64,000 bases of DNA from Rikenellaceae bacterium (GCA_044433415.1 JAWXTP010000002.1:5041-69040); one strand, 5' to 3'. Counted from the first letter of the stretch, positions 1 to 9,768 are shown. Notes: generated by a model from the sequence alone, not told the origin. A program made the numbers and translations.

Positions 1-2032
1 GTATTTGCTGAGGAGCTTTCTTAGAAGCTAAGCTACTCTTAGGAACAGGAATAGTATTTTGATCTTCGTGACAACCCACACAAGAAACAGTCTCACCAGG
101 CATACCTGTTAACCAGCTACGCATCCATTGAATAGCACGACCCTCTGAGTCTAAAGGTTGTAAAGATATAGGAGTATTGGCAGGAATAACAAACGAAACA
201 GAACCATCTGCTTCTACAGGAACAGTACCAATAAGACGTTTAATATCCCAACCAGATTGAATACCATGCACATAGTGATTAGAAGGAGTAGTTAAGTAAG
301 CATATTCATAAGCAAATACACGTAAAGCCTTAACTTCACCTCTTTTAACTCCTATTAGACCTTCTCCTTCATAGATATCCTGAATAAATACATTAGCTTC
401 TTTCTTATCAAGTTGTACTTTATCAGGAATTACAGGAGGAGTTGTAGTTTTCTTTAAAGGAATACCATAAATGAAACCTGCATCTTCAGACTCATATAAA
501 AGAGTCATATTATCGTAAGAGTCAATTAAGTAAAGTCCCCAAAGAGAACCTGGGCTTAATTTAGCTGTTACTAAGAAAGTGTTATCATCTATAGGGTAAG
601 GCTTAATAAGTTGAGGCCAAACACCATCAACCATCTGATCTTTAATTATAGGTTCAATAGCTCTATCTCTGAATGGATATTCTTGAAGCATACCTTTTTC
701 CTCTTTTCTACTCTTAGCTGGATCGAAGGTTACCATACGTCCTGAACGAACTGTTCCGTGGTGACCAGAAATAATACCTACAAAACGGTTAGTAACTTCT
801 GGAAGAGGTTGAATGTCAAATATAGAGTTAGGGAATAAAGATCCACTACCATAAAGAGACTTTTGTTCAGTACCGTCAGGGTTCATGTGCATAACTATAC
901 GAGAGAAGTAGTGAGTTAAGTCAGCGTACTCCCATCTTACATACATTACTTTACCGTTAGCCATAACTGTAGGATGCCAATTAGCATCTTGGTCGAAAGT
1001 TAAACGACGTAAAGATTTATCTTCTGGGTTATAAAGCACCATATTACCTACTTGATCAGCACCACTTACACAAGGAACACCTTGATAACCTATATCTGAA
1101 GTTGCAATGATACGTCCATCAGGAAGATAAGTTGCATCAAAAAAGTCAAGATCTGGTTCATCATTGTCTATCGCTTCTTTAACATCACCAGTTTCTAAGT
1201 TAATTTCAAAAACTTGGAATCTTTTTAGTAACTCGTCACCTTTAAGAGAAGTAAATAACATTCTATCAGCATCCCAGTGTAATTTAAGGTCAGTAATAGT
1301 TGCATCTTTTATTGTAGGAGTATAAATTGTTTTATATTCAAGATTACCTGATTTCAATCCTGAGAATTGTATAAGTTCAATATCATTACCCTCTTTTTTC
1401 GCAGATGTGATATTAGACCAGTTGTTAGGCTGTATACCTAAACTACCTGCACCAACATCTCTACTGCTAGCAGCATCAATGTTAGATTTTACAGACATAA
1501 AGCTATCTACGTCAACTGCAGGATTCGCAAGTAAAATCTCACGCTTTAATTGTAATGCTTGTTCTACGGCATCATAAGCTGAAGGCTCTTTAGCGTAAAT
1601 GCCGTCAAAACCCCTAGCTACTAAGGCTTTAAGTTCAGCATATTTTTGATTGATTTCTGCAACATCAACACCTGGCTTTTTCATTAACATAGCCACAGCT
1701 TCGTCAAGTGCTCTCATATTGAAGTAATCTACAATATTTTGAGCTGAGATTATTGGCTTAACCTCATCGATGATAGCTTGTAGAGCTTCGATATTGCTAT
1801 CTATAGGTTCAGCATCTCTAAGCGCTTCTAGTTTTGCTTTGTATGAATCTCCCTTTTTAAGCACATTCACATAAGTTGTAGTTTTGTTCAGCTGAGCCCT
1901 ATACTGTCGTTGTTCAGGCGTCAATTGCTGAGGCTGAGCAATGCTTGGCTCTGCATTTTCTCTAGCATAAGTAGTATTAGCCAAAGATAAAGCGGCAAAC
2001 ACCAAACTAATAATTAGCAAGTTTCTTTTCAT
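1..2032 (-). CDS. Secreted beta-propeller-type protein carrying a CXXCH motif; its 3' end lies outside the window
   Basis: My own minus-strand translation gives ATG at 2032-2030 and an open frame to position 1. It is missing from the supplied track because it runs off the edge. The N-terminus MKRNLLIISLVFAALSLANTTYA looks like a signal peptide. CVGCH is encoded at 82-68. The fold assignment (TolB / hydrazine-synthase-alpha-middle-domain-like) is from memory only. Confidence 0.7.
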   Translation of the reverse strand, partial: MKRNLLIISLVFAALSLANTTYARENAEPSIAQPQQLTPEQRQYRAQLNKTTTYVNVLKKGDSYKAKLEALRDAEPIDSNIEALQAIIDEVKPIISAQNIVDYFNMRALDEAVAMLMKKPGVDVAEINQKYAELKALVARGFDGIYAKEPSAYDAVEQALQLKREILLANPAVDVDSFMSVKSNIDAASSRDVGAGSLGIQPNNWSNITSAKKEGNDIELIQFSGLKSGNLEYKTIYTPTIKDATITDLKLHWDADRMLFTSLKGDELLKRFQVFEINLETGDVKEAIDNDEPDLDFFDATYLPDGRIIATSDIGYQGVPCVSGADQVGNMVLYNPEDKSLRRLTFDQDANWHPTVMANGKVMYVRWEYADLTHYFSRIVMHMNPDGTEQKSLYGSGSLFPNSIFDIQPLPEVTNRFVGIISGHHGTVRSGRMVTFDPAKSRKEEKGMLQEYPFRDRAIEPIIKDQMVDGVWPQLIKPYPIDDNTFLVTAKLSPGSLWGLYLIDSYDNMTLLYESEDAGFIYGIPLKKTTTPPVIPDKVQLDKKEANVFIQDIYEGEGLIGVKRGEVKALRVFAYEYAYLTTPSNHYVHGIQSGWDIKRLIGTVPVEADGSVSFVIPANTPISLQPLDSEGRAIQWMRSWLTGMPGETVSCVGCHEDQNTIPVPKSSLASKKAPQQI

Positions 2033-2276
2033 TTTTATGTCAGTTTTATAAATTTCAGATAAAGTAATACTATGACAAATAATAGCATCAATTAAAGAAT
2101 AAAATAAAGTTTGTTGGCTACAAAAATAGTGTTTTCTTTATCATTTTGCAAATTTTATAGCAAATTGACAAATAAAACATAGCAATTTATACCTATATAT
2201 AATATAAGTATATATAAAATACTACTAATAATTAATAATCATCGCAGTATCAACCAATATTTACGTAAAGGCTTAT

Positions 2277-2843
2277 CTACGACTTCAAAAAGCATTTATC
2301 AACTTTTATCATTAAATAACGGAAAAGATACGCCACAGAAACTCCTAATATTGTCCCATAAGTAACATCCAAAAGATAATGGAAACCTAAATATATACGG
2401 CTATATGATATTAAAGCTGCTAACACGATACAAGAAATAGTATACCAACGTTTTTTTACTATTAAACTAAGAAACACTAAAGTTCCAAAACTATTAGCTG
2501 CATGTGCAGACACCGTCCCAGATATTCCGCCTCGAATATTATCTATAAGATAAACTATTCCTTCTAGGGCTGGTTCATACATAGGTCTTAGTCGTGGGAA
2601 GGTGTTTTTAAAGAAATTACAAGTCTGATCTGCCACTAAAACTATTAAAAGTAGGCACACAATTGTAGATATAAACTCTTTTTTGGAAAGTTTTTTATAT
2701 AAAAATATCAAAGTCACCAAAATAGCACATACTAATGTTGCTTTACTTGTAAACATAATCATCAGAGAATCAACAAAATTGCCTAAATCTCCGTTTAAAT
2801 ATTTGTAAATCTCAATATCATAGAGCAATACACTTTCATACAT
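2277..2843 (-). CDS. PAP2-family membrane phosphatase (undecaprenyl-diphosphatase / phosphatidic acid phosphatase type)
   Basis: The three PAP2 motifs are visible: KNTFPRLRP, SGTVSAHA and SRIYLGFHYLLDV. The protein has several hydrophobic segments. Confidence 0.85.
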   Translation of the reverse strand: MYESVLLYDIEIYKYLNGDLGNFVDSLMIMFTSKATLVCAILVTLIFLYKKLSKKEFISTIVCLLLIVLVADQTCNFFKNTFPRLRPMYEPALEGIVYLIDNIRGGISGTVSAHAANSFGTLVFLSLIVKKRWYTISCIVLAALISYSRIYLGFHYLLDVTYGTILGVSVAYLFRYLMIKVDKCFLKS

Positions 2844-2973
2844 AATATGTAGGTTTTATTAATAAACAATAAATTCAGCATCCTAAAAGCCAAAAATCAG
2901 CAGTAAAGATAGTCATTTTTTTACATTAACCAACTGATAAAAAATAAAATAAATCAAATGTTTTGTGAATATT

Positions 2974-3004
2974 TTTGTTATTCAAAAAAATATAATTATA
3001 TTTG
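2974..3004 (+). promoter_or_regulatory. Bacteroidetes-type promoter for rpmH (-33 TTTG, -7 TAtaTTTG)
   Basis: TTTG at 2974-2977 and TATATTTG at 2997-3004 are 19 nt apart. The rpmH ATG is at 3038. Confidence 0.55.
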
Positions 3005-3037
3005 CAGACCGAAAAAAATACAAAAAACTATAAAACA

Positions 3038-3196
3038 ATGAGTAAAAGAACATTTCAACCATCTCAACGCAAGAGAAGAAACAAACATGGTTTCCGCGAA
3101 AGAATGGCAACAGCTAACGGACGTAAAGTATTAGCGTCTAGAAGAGCTAAAGGTAGAAAAAAATTAACTGTTTCTGACGAACTTCGTCACAGATAG
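3038..3196 (+). CDS. rpmH: 50S ribosomal protein L34
   Basis: [43 protein letters not shown] is the canonical L34 sequence. I moved the start to the ATG at 3038 because the track's TTG at 3002 lies inside the -7 box. Confidence 0.95.
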   Translation: MSKRTFQPSQRKRRNKHGFRERMATANGRKVLASRRAKGRKKLTVSDELRHR

Positions 3197-3202
3197 TATT
3201 TC

Positions 3203-3276
3203 GGGAACTTCTTGAAATAAATGAATCAAAAGAAACAAGTTCTTTAGAGCTTCCTTTTAGGTTAAAGGGAACTTCT
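3203..3276. repeat. Cluster of REP-like half-sites (GGGAACTTCT / AAGTTCTTTAGAGCTTCC / GGGAACTTCT)
   Basis: GGGAACTTCT occurs at 3203-3212 and 3267-3276, and AAGTTCTTTAGAGCTTCC at 3237-3254. AGAGCTTCC (3246-3254) can pair with GGGAACTTCT (3267-3276). Confidence 0.5.
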
Positions 3277-3281
3277 AAAAT

Positions 3282-3318
3282 AAAAAAGACAATTTCAGCT
3301 AATGAAATTGTCTTTTTT
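3282..3318. terminator. Bidirectional rho-independent terminator between rpmH (+) and the esterase gene (-)
   Basis: AAAAAAGACAATTTC / GAAATTGTCTTTTTT forms a 15-bp stem with a 7-nt loop. A and T runs flank it on both sides. Confidence 0.8.
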
Positions 3319-3341
3319 ATTTTAACCTAATAAGGAAACCT

Positions 3342-4190
3342 CTAGAGTTCTAAATTTTTTAACCAAACCCCTAATTCAGTAGTCCACTCATCTTTATATT
3401 TAAAGTTGTCATTAAATCCCCAACCGTGACCTCCTGTAGGGTAAATATGTAAACTAGCAGACACCTTATTATTTATTAAAGACATATAATAGTCTATACT
3501 ATTTTTTACTGGAACTACTGCATCATCACTACTATGTACTATAAATGCTGGCGGTGTATCTGCTGAGACTTGTAATTCATTAGAGTAATAATCTAAATCA
3601 TCAACACTTGCATTTTTTCCTAACAACTGATTACGAGACCCAACATGAGTAATTTCCGCATTCATATTTATTACAGGATATAACAAAATCTGAAAATCAG
3701 GTCTATTCTCAGCAGTATAATGTGTAGCAGCAGTACTTGCTAGATGCCCTCCTGCCGAACATCCCATAATCCCAACTTTATCAATATCCCACTTCTCGCT
3801 ATTTTCACGCATCAGTTCAATTGCTCTATGTGCATCACTCAATGGCACTTCTTTATTACCATTAGGCATACGATACTTAAGCACGGCATAAGTTATCCCC
3901 ATAGAATTAAACCAATCTGCCATCTGAAAACCTTCATGATGTATAGCAACCAGGGAATATCCACCGCCAGGACACATAATTACAGCCTTACCATTTGGAT
4001 TTTCAGCAGGGTAAATAGTTAATGTTGGATCTGTAACATTTGTTATACGGTCTTTCCTAGGCTCATACTCTTTTTCAGTAATCCCATTAGAGTTAGGTGC
4101 GCCATTTTCCCACAAACGCAACGTTACACTTTCTTGAGCAAAAAGCGAACAAGAAACAAGGCAAAAACAAGCAATAAATAGTGATTTCAT
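3342..4190 (-). CDS. Secreted alpha/beta-hydrolase fold esterase
   Basis: It has a signal peptide (MKSLFIACFCLVSCSLFAQ), an oxyanion-type CPGGGY motif, the nucleophile elbow GCSAGGH, and a C-terminal GGHGW. Confidence 0.8.
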   Translation of the reverse strand: MKSLFIACFCLVSCSLFAQESVTLRLWENGAPNSNGITEKEYEPRKDRITNVTDPTLTIYPAENPNGKAVIMCPGGGYSLVAIHHEGFQMADWFNSMGITYAVLKYRMPNGNKEVPLSDAHRAIELMRENSEKWDIDKVGIMGCSAGGHLASTAATHYTAENRPDFQILLYPVINMNAEITHVGSRNQLLGKNASVDDLDYYSNELQVSADTPPAFIVHSSDDAVVPVKNSIDYYMSLINNKVSASLHIYPTGGHGWGFNDNFKYKDEWTTELGVWLKNLEL

Positions 4191-4200
4191 TTTCTTAAGG

Positions 4201-4599
4201 TTATAAAAATTTTAAACATTTTGTTTTTTTTGCGATTAATGTGTATAATATTGTACCTACTACAGTGCCAGTACTATTAGCCACAACATCAAAAACATCA
4301 CTTGAACGATTAAAGTGAGGCTGCACAAACTCAATCGCCACACCTACAAAAACTACAAAAACCAAAGTTATAGGAATCATAAACTTCTTATTTTTAATAG
4401 GTTTAACATTCAGTAAATGCATAAACAAAATAGACATTCCAAAGTAAAAACAGAAGTGTACAAACTTGTCAAAATTCTCTATTTTTATACGATCTGGGTC
4501 TTGTTCAAAGGTATGCAAAGATAAAAATATTACAAGGAAAAAGTAGGCTACAAAGGCCGTAAGGGCTATCTTCTTATTTGTCAGTATGATATTTAACAT
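4201..4599 (-). CDS. Small VanZ-like membrane protein
   Basis: Four predicted TM helices and a DKFVHFCFY motif resemble the VanZ-like family. The assignment is from memory. Confidence 0.55.
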   Translation of the reverse strand: MLNIILTNKKIALTAFVAYFFLVIFLSLHTFEQDPDRIKIENFDKFVHFCFYFGMSILFMHLLNVKPIKNKKFMIPITLVFVVFVGVAIEFVQPHFNRSSDVFDVVANSTGTVVGTILYTLIAKKTKCLKFL

Positions 4600-4640
4600 A
4601 TTTTTTTTTGAAATTTAATTAGTATATTCAGTTTTTTTTA

Positions 4641-4648
4641 TATATTTG
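4641..4648 (+). promoter_or_regulatory. -7 box TAtaTTTG upstream of the glycogen synthase/phosphorylase gene
   Basis: TATATTTG lies 57 nt before the ATG at 4705. I saw no clean -33 TTTG at the expected spacing. Confidence 0.4.
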
Positions 4649-4704
4649 GCGTTCGTTAATGAACTTTTAACGCTACAAATATAAGATAAATAAAGATAAA
4701 TTTT

Positions 4705-7700
4705 ATGGCAAATACAAATAATTTACAAAAAAAACACCTTTTTGAAATTAGTTGGGAAGTGTGTAATAAAGTTGGAGGCATCCACACTGTTATTGCTTCA
4801 AAAACGCCTACTGTTCACAACCACTTTGGCGAAGATAACTACATTGTTATGGGTCCTAGTTTCAACAAAGAAACCGAATTAGAATTTGATGAAGATTTGT
4901 ACCTTTTCAAAGAGTGGAAAGTAGCAGCTTACAATGACGGCATTCGTGTTAGAATAGGGCGTTGGAAAATAGAGGGTTCTCCTATTGCTATTTTGGTTGA
5001 TTTTGCATCTTACGCAACTCAAAAAGACGAAATCTTAGGTAAACTTTGGGCTAGCCACCAAGTTGATTCTCTAAATGCAGGTTGGCACTATGCTGAACCA
5101 GTAATATTTGGTTATGCAGCAGCTCGTGCTATCGAAAGTTTTGTTACTTTCTATGGTTATAGAAGAGACGAAGTTGTCGCTCATTTCCATGAATGGATGA
5201 CTGCATCGGGCGGTTTAACTCTAAACACTATCGCCCCCTATATAGCAACAACATTCACAACACATGCAACAGCAATGGGTCGTTCTATAGCTGGAAACGG
5301 TCTTAATCTATATGATGATATGGAGAGATTTGACGTTGCTCAGCTAGCTGCTCGTTTCAATATGACTAGTATGTACTCTATTGAAAAGGTATCAGCAGAA
5401 AGTTACGACTGTTTTACTACTGTTAGTGATATTACATCTTATGAGTGTAAATACATGGTAGGAAAAGAAGCTGAGGTTGTAACTCCTAATGGTTTTGATG
5501 ACAAAATCGTTGGTGAAGGTCTAGAGCAAAAACGTCGTGGTGCAAGAGCTAAACTAATAAAAGTAGCTGAAACTTCTCTTGGCATACAATATAATGAAGA
5601 ACCTCTTATTGTAGGAACAAGTGGACGTTACGAATTTAGAAACAAAGGCTTAGATCAATTTATTGACACTTTAGCCCTTCTTAACGATGATGAAAATCTT
5701 GGTAGAGACATCCTAGCATACATCCTTGTTCCAGGATGGAGCTTTGGTCCACGTAAAGATCTTCAACAAATGTTAGAGATAGGAGCAACATCAGTAGAAC
5801 AATATTACATCAAAAACCTAACTCACTATATTGGAAATCCTGAACAAGATGCTATTTTATCAAAACTTGCATCTGTAGGTCTTAGCAACAAAAGTAATGG
5901 TAGAGTAAATATCATGCTTGTGCCTGCTTACCTTGATGGAGTTGATGGCATTTTCAATGAGCACTATTACAATGTGCTTTCAGGTTTTGACGTTACTTTG
6001 TTCCCTTCTTATTATGAACCATGGGGTTACACACCACTAGAAAGTATTGCTTTTGGTGTTCCTAGTTTAACTACTAGCCTATCTGGTTTTGGCAAATGGA
6101 TACAGTCGCTACCTAACAAGGTTAAAGCAGTAGAAGTTGTTGAAAGAAATGACAGCAACCATGAACAAGTAAAATTTGAAATGTCTAACATTTTAAGACA
6201 ATATACACATCACTCAACACAAGAGTGGAAAGAAATTAGTAATGAAGCTATTGAGTTATCTAAGCAATCATTATGGGAGAATTTATATTCTTACTACCTT
6301 GAGGCTTATGATAAAGCAGTGGCGAAAAAAAATATTAGAATAATGGGTACCAAATTTAATGATGGAGGCAACAACTCCGAACAAGCAACATTTATCAAAC
6401 AACAATTGTCGCAATCAGCTCCAAACTGGAGAAGAGTAATGATTGAGAGGGTCTTACCTGAGAGATTACAACCTTTAGAAGCGTTGTCAAGAAACTTATG
6501 GTGGAGTTGGACACTAGATGCAAGACAATTATTTGAGACAATTGATCCAGACCTTTGGAATGATGTAGATCGCAATCCTATAGCAATGATTGATAATCTT
6601 TCTACTGAGCGTCTTAAAGAGATTGAAAAAGACGAAGAGTTCTTAGCATCTATGGATAAAATCTACGCAGAATTCCTTGATTATATGTCTAAAAAAGAAG
6701 ATAGAGGTGGAGACAGAATCGCATATTTCAGTATGGAATATGGTCTACACAGCTCTCTTAAAATTTATTCAGGTGGTCTAGGTATTCTTGCAGGTGACTA
6801 CTTGAAAGAAGCATCAGACAAAAACATCAATATGACTGCTGTAGGTCTTCTTTACCGTTACGGTTACTTCACTCAGAAGTTATCTATGTACGGTGATCAA
6901 GAAGCTACTTATGAAGCACAAAACTTCTATAAACTTCCTATCGTTCCTTTAAGAGACGAAAGCGGTAAATGGTTAAGAATCACTCTTAACTACCCAGGAC
7001 GTGTAGTTACTGCTCGTATCTGGAGATGTGACGTTGGTAGAACTGAACTTTATCTTCTTGATACTGACCACAACGAAAACATGCACGAAGACAAATCAAT
7101 TTCTCACCACTTATATGGTGGCGACTGGGAAAACCGTATGAAACAAGAAGTTCTTCTTGGTATCGGTGGTATCAAAGCGCTTAACAAAATTGGTATTAAG
7201 TCGGATATATTCCACTGTAATGAAGGTCACGCTGCATTTATCGGCTTAAGAAGATGTCAAGACTTAATCGCTAACGAAGGTCTTTCATTCTCTGAAGCAT
7301 TAGAGGTTGTTCGTTCTTCTTCTTTATTCACAACACACACACCAGTTCCAGCAGGTCACGATGCATTCCCTGAAGATATGATGAGACAATACTTCTCTTA
7401 TATGCCAGACGCTCTTAAAATTGACTGGGAACAATTCATCAACTTAGGTAAAACTAATGTTTATGATCACAACGAGAGATTCTCTATGAGTGTTCTAGCT
7501 TGTAATATGTCTCAAGAAGTTAATGGTGTGAGTTGGTTACACGGTGAAGTTAGTAAAGAAATCTTAGCTAACATCTGGCCTAACTACTTCAAAAATGAGC
7601 TTCACATAGGTTATGTTACTAATGGTGTTCACGCTCCAACTTGGACAGCTACAAACCTTCGTAGACTTTATAACGAATACATGGGTGCTTCATTAGAGAC

Positions 7701-8955
7701 TCACAACTATGATAAATCTATTTGGAAAGAAATTTATAAAGTTCCAGATGCTAAACTTTGGGAAGAAAGAATGTTCCTAAAACGCAAATTAATCAACCAC
7801 GTTAAAACTAGAGTGTTAAATCCTGAGAAATCTCGTATTGACTCTCCAGCTCACATGGTACAAGTTGCTGAGGCTTTAAAACCTGAAACTTTAACTATAG
7901 GTTTTGCTCGTCGTTTTGCTACTTACAAACGTGCTCACCTTCTTTTCACTAACCTTGAGAGATTAGAGAAAATTGTTAATAATACAGCTCGTCCAGTACA
8001 ATTTGTATTTGCAGGTAAAGCTCACCCTAATGACAAACCAGGTCAAGACCTTATCAAACGTATCGTTGAGATTTCTAAATTACCTCAATTTACAGGTAAA
8101 ATCGTATTTATCCAAAACTACGATATGGAATTAGCTCGTCGTATGGTTCAAGGTGTTGACGTATGGATGAATACTCCTACAAGACCTCTTGAGGCTTCTG
8201 GTACATCAGGTGAAAAAGCTGTTATGAACGGTGGTCTTCACTTTAGCGTTCTTGATGGATGGTGGGTTGAAGGTTACCAAAAAGATGCTGGTTGGTGTTT
8301 ACCAATGGAGCGTACTTTTGCTGATCAAGAACTTCAAAACCAACTTGATGCTGAGCTTATTTACTCTATCATCGAAGACGAAATTGTTCCTGCTTACTAC
8401 GATGCTAACGAAGAAGGTTACTCTGAAAAATGGGTAGGTTATGTTAAAAACAGTATCGCTGATGTAGCTTCTAACTTCACTATGGCTCGTATGATTGAGG
8501 ATTACCAAGAGCGTTTCTATGGTAAATTAGTTGCTAAAGGCAAACAAGTTGCTGCTGACGATTATAGCGAAGCTAGAGAAATGGCTGCTTGGAAACGTAG
8601 AGTTAGCAACAACTGGGATTCTATGTATATTGCATCTTCAAATACTTATGACGTTACAGTTAATACTATTATAGCTGACACTCCATACAAAAGTCGCGTA
8701 GAAGTAAACTTAGGTGATTTAACTACTGAAGATTTAGGTGTAGAGGTAGTAATTGCACAAGTTGAAGCTAACGGTGTTAGAACTCTTAAAACAACTATTC
8801 CATTAAACCTTGTTGAGGCTCATAACAACATTGCAACTTACGAATGTGATATGTCTCCTGAATTTAATGGTGCTTACGACGTTGCTGTTCGTGTATTCGC
8901 TTACAATCCTAAGTTAGAGTACAGAATGGACTTCGCTCTTGCTAAATGGAATTAA
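4705..8955 (+). CDS. Fusion protein: GT3-type glycogen synthase (N-terminal ~550 aa) plus GT35 alpha-glucan phosphorylase (C-terminal ~860 aa)
   Basis: The N-terminus WEVCNKVGGIHTV is typical of eukaryote-like GT3 glycogen synthases. From about aa 560 there is a LWWSWT (DUF3417-type) phosphorylase N-terminus, and EASGTSGEKAVMNGG is the pyridoxal-phosphate lysine motif. The ORF is a single uninterrupted 1416 codons. Confidence 0.9.
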   Translation: MANTNNLQKKHLFEISWEVCNKVGGIHTVIASKTPTVHNHFGEDNYIVMGPSFNKETELEFDEDLYLFKEWKVAAYNDGIRVRIGRWKIEGSPIAILVDFASYATQKDEILGKLWASHQVDSLNAGWHYAEPVIFGYAAARAIESFVTFYGYRRDEVVAHFHEWMTASGGLTLNTIAPYIATTFTTHATAMGRSIAGNGLNLYDDMERFDVAQLAARFNMTSMYSIEKVSAESYDCFTTVSDITSYECKYMVGKEAEVVTPNGFDDKIVGEGLEQKRRGARAKLIKVAETSLGIQYNEEPLIVGTSGRYEFRNKGLDQFIDTLALLNDDENLGRDILAYILVPGWSFGPRKDLQQMLEIGATSVEQYYIKNLTHYIGNPEQDAILSKLASVGLSNKSNGRVNIMLVPAYLDGVDGIFNEHYYNVLSGFDVTLFPSYYEPWGYTPLESIAFGVPSLTTSLSGFGKWIQSLPNKVKAVEVVERNDSNHEQVKFEMSNILRQYTHHSTQEWKEISNEAIELSKQSLWENLYSYYLEAYDKAVAKKNIRIMGTKFNDGGNNSEQATFIKQQLSQSAPNWRRVMIERVLPERLQPLEALSRNLWWSWTLDARQLFETIDPDLWNDVDRNPIAMIDNLSTERLKEIEKDEEFLASMDKIYAEFLDYMSKKEDRGGDRIAYFSMEYGLHSSLKIYSGGLGILAGDYLKEASDKNINMTAVGLLYRYGYFTQKLSMYGDQEATYEAQNFYKLPIVPLRDESGKWLRITLNYPGRVVTARIWRCDVGRTELYLLDTDHNENMHEDKSISHHLYGGDWENRMKQEVLLGIGGIKALNKIGIKSDIFHCNEGHAAFIGLRRCQDLIANEGLSFSEALEVVRSSSLFTTHTPVPAGHDAFPEDMMRQYFSYMPDALKIDWEQFINLGKTNVYDHNERFSMSVLACNMSQEVNGVSWLHGEVSKEILANIWPNYFKNELHIGYVTNGVHAPTWTATNLRRLYNEYMGASLETHNYDKSIWKEIYKVPDAKLWEERMFLKRKLINHVKTRVLNPEKSRIDSPAHMVQVAEALKPETLTIGFARRFATYKRAHLLFTNLERLEKIVNNTARPVQFVFAGKAHPNDKPGQDLIKRIVEISKLPQFTGKIVFIQNYDMELARRMVQGVDVWMNTPTRPLEASGTSGEKAVMNGGLHFSVLDGWWVEGYQKDAGWCLPMERTFADQELQNQLDAELIYSIIEDEIVPAYYDANEEGYSEKWVGYVKNSIADVASNFTMARMIEDYQERFYGKLVAKGKQVAADDYSEAREMAAWKRRVSNNWDSMYIASSNTYDVTVNTIIADTPYKSRVEVNLGDLTTEDLGVEVVIAQVEANGVRTLKTTIPLNLVEAHNNIATYECDMSPEFNGAYDVAVRVFAYNPKLEYRMDFALAKWN

Positions 8956-8974
8956 AAAATGTTATATTTTTTAA

Positions 8975-9135
8975 GGGGAGTTCTAATAATTGGTTTTATT
9001 CGATTTTAGATTTAGAAGTTTTAGATTTGGATTTTTATAAATACAGGCGTGGTGGTTCCCACGGCGTATTTGTAAAAATTCAAAGATGAAACTTATAAAT
9101 CTAAAAGCGTTAAAATCCAATTTTTAGAAGTTCCC
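8975..9135 (+). repeat. Long (161 bp) composite member of the REP-like family
   Basis: The ends are GGGGAGTTCT (8975-8984) and AGAAGTTCCC (9126-9135), flanked by TTAA / TTAA. The first ~35 nt match the copies at 27199 and 61429. The core contains a G+C-rich imperfect hairpin, AAATAC-AGGCGTGG...CCCACGGC-GTATTT. Confidence 0.8.
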
Positions 9136-9188
9136 TTAAGAAAATACTAATAATTTTTTTCATTTAATAGGAAAAATTATTAACTTTG

Positions 9189-9230
9189 AAGGGTAATTTT
9201 AGTGGTTTCACTGAAATTACCCTTTTTGTT
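9189..9230 (+). terminator. Rho-independent terminator-like hairpin in the glycogen gene - msrA spacer
   Basis: GGGTAATTTTAGTG (9191-9204) pairs with CACTGAAATTACCC (9209-9222) around a GTTT loop, followed by TTTTTGTTT. Confidence 0.7.
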
Positions 9231-9273
9231 TAAATTTTAACAATTGTTTTTCTTTAGAAAAATATAGCAGATT

Positions 9274-9768
9274 ATGAGTAAAAAAGACGTTGCAATCTTT
9301 GCTGGTGGGTGTTTCTGGGGAGTAGAACACTATTTACAGGAAAAAAACGGTGTGGAGAGTGTAGAAAGCGGATATATAGGTGGAGAAGTCAAGAATCCTA
9401 CATACGAACAAGTACGATCTAAAACAACAGGACATGCAGAAGCTGTAAGAGTTATTTTTGATTCTTCTGTGGTTAGTTATGAAGAATTAGCTAAATTATT
9501 TTTTGAGATTCATGACTTTACTCAAATAGATGGACAAGGTTACGATTTAGGACCTCAATATAGAACAGAAATATTCTATCTAACAGAGGAGCAAAAAACT
9601 ATAGCGGAGGCATTAATTGCAAAATTAGGGGCTATGGGTTACAAAGTTGCGACAAAAGTAACTCAAGCTACAGAATTTTATAGTGCAGAGGATTACCACC
9701 AAGATTATTACGAGATAAAAGGCGGAGAGCCCGATTGTCACGCGTATAGAAAAGTATTTGAAGATTAA
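9274..9768 (+). CDS. msrA: Peptide-methionine (S)-S-oxide reductase
   Basis: It has the GGCFWGVE active-site motif and a typical MsrA length of 164 aa. Confidence 0.95.
   Translation: MSKKDVAIFAGGCFWGVEHYLQEKNGVESVESGYIGGEVKNPTYEQVRSKTTGHAEAVRVIFDSSVVSYEELAKLFFEIHDFTQIDGQGYDLGPQYRTEIFYLTEEQKTIAEALIAKLGAMGYKVATKVTQATEFYSAEDYHQDYYEIKGGEPDCHAYRKVFED

Noticed and set aside
3002-3037. N-terminal extension of rpmH from a TTG start
   Set aside because: The TTG lies inside the TAtaTTTG -7 box. L34 orthologs begin at MSKRTFQP, so the ATG at 3038 was used.
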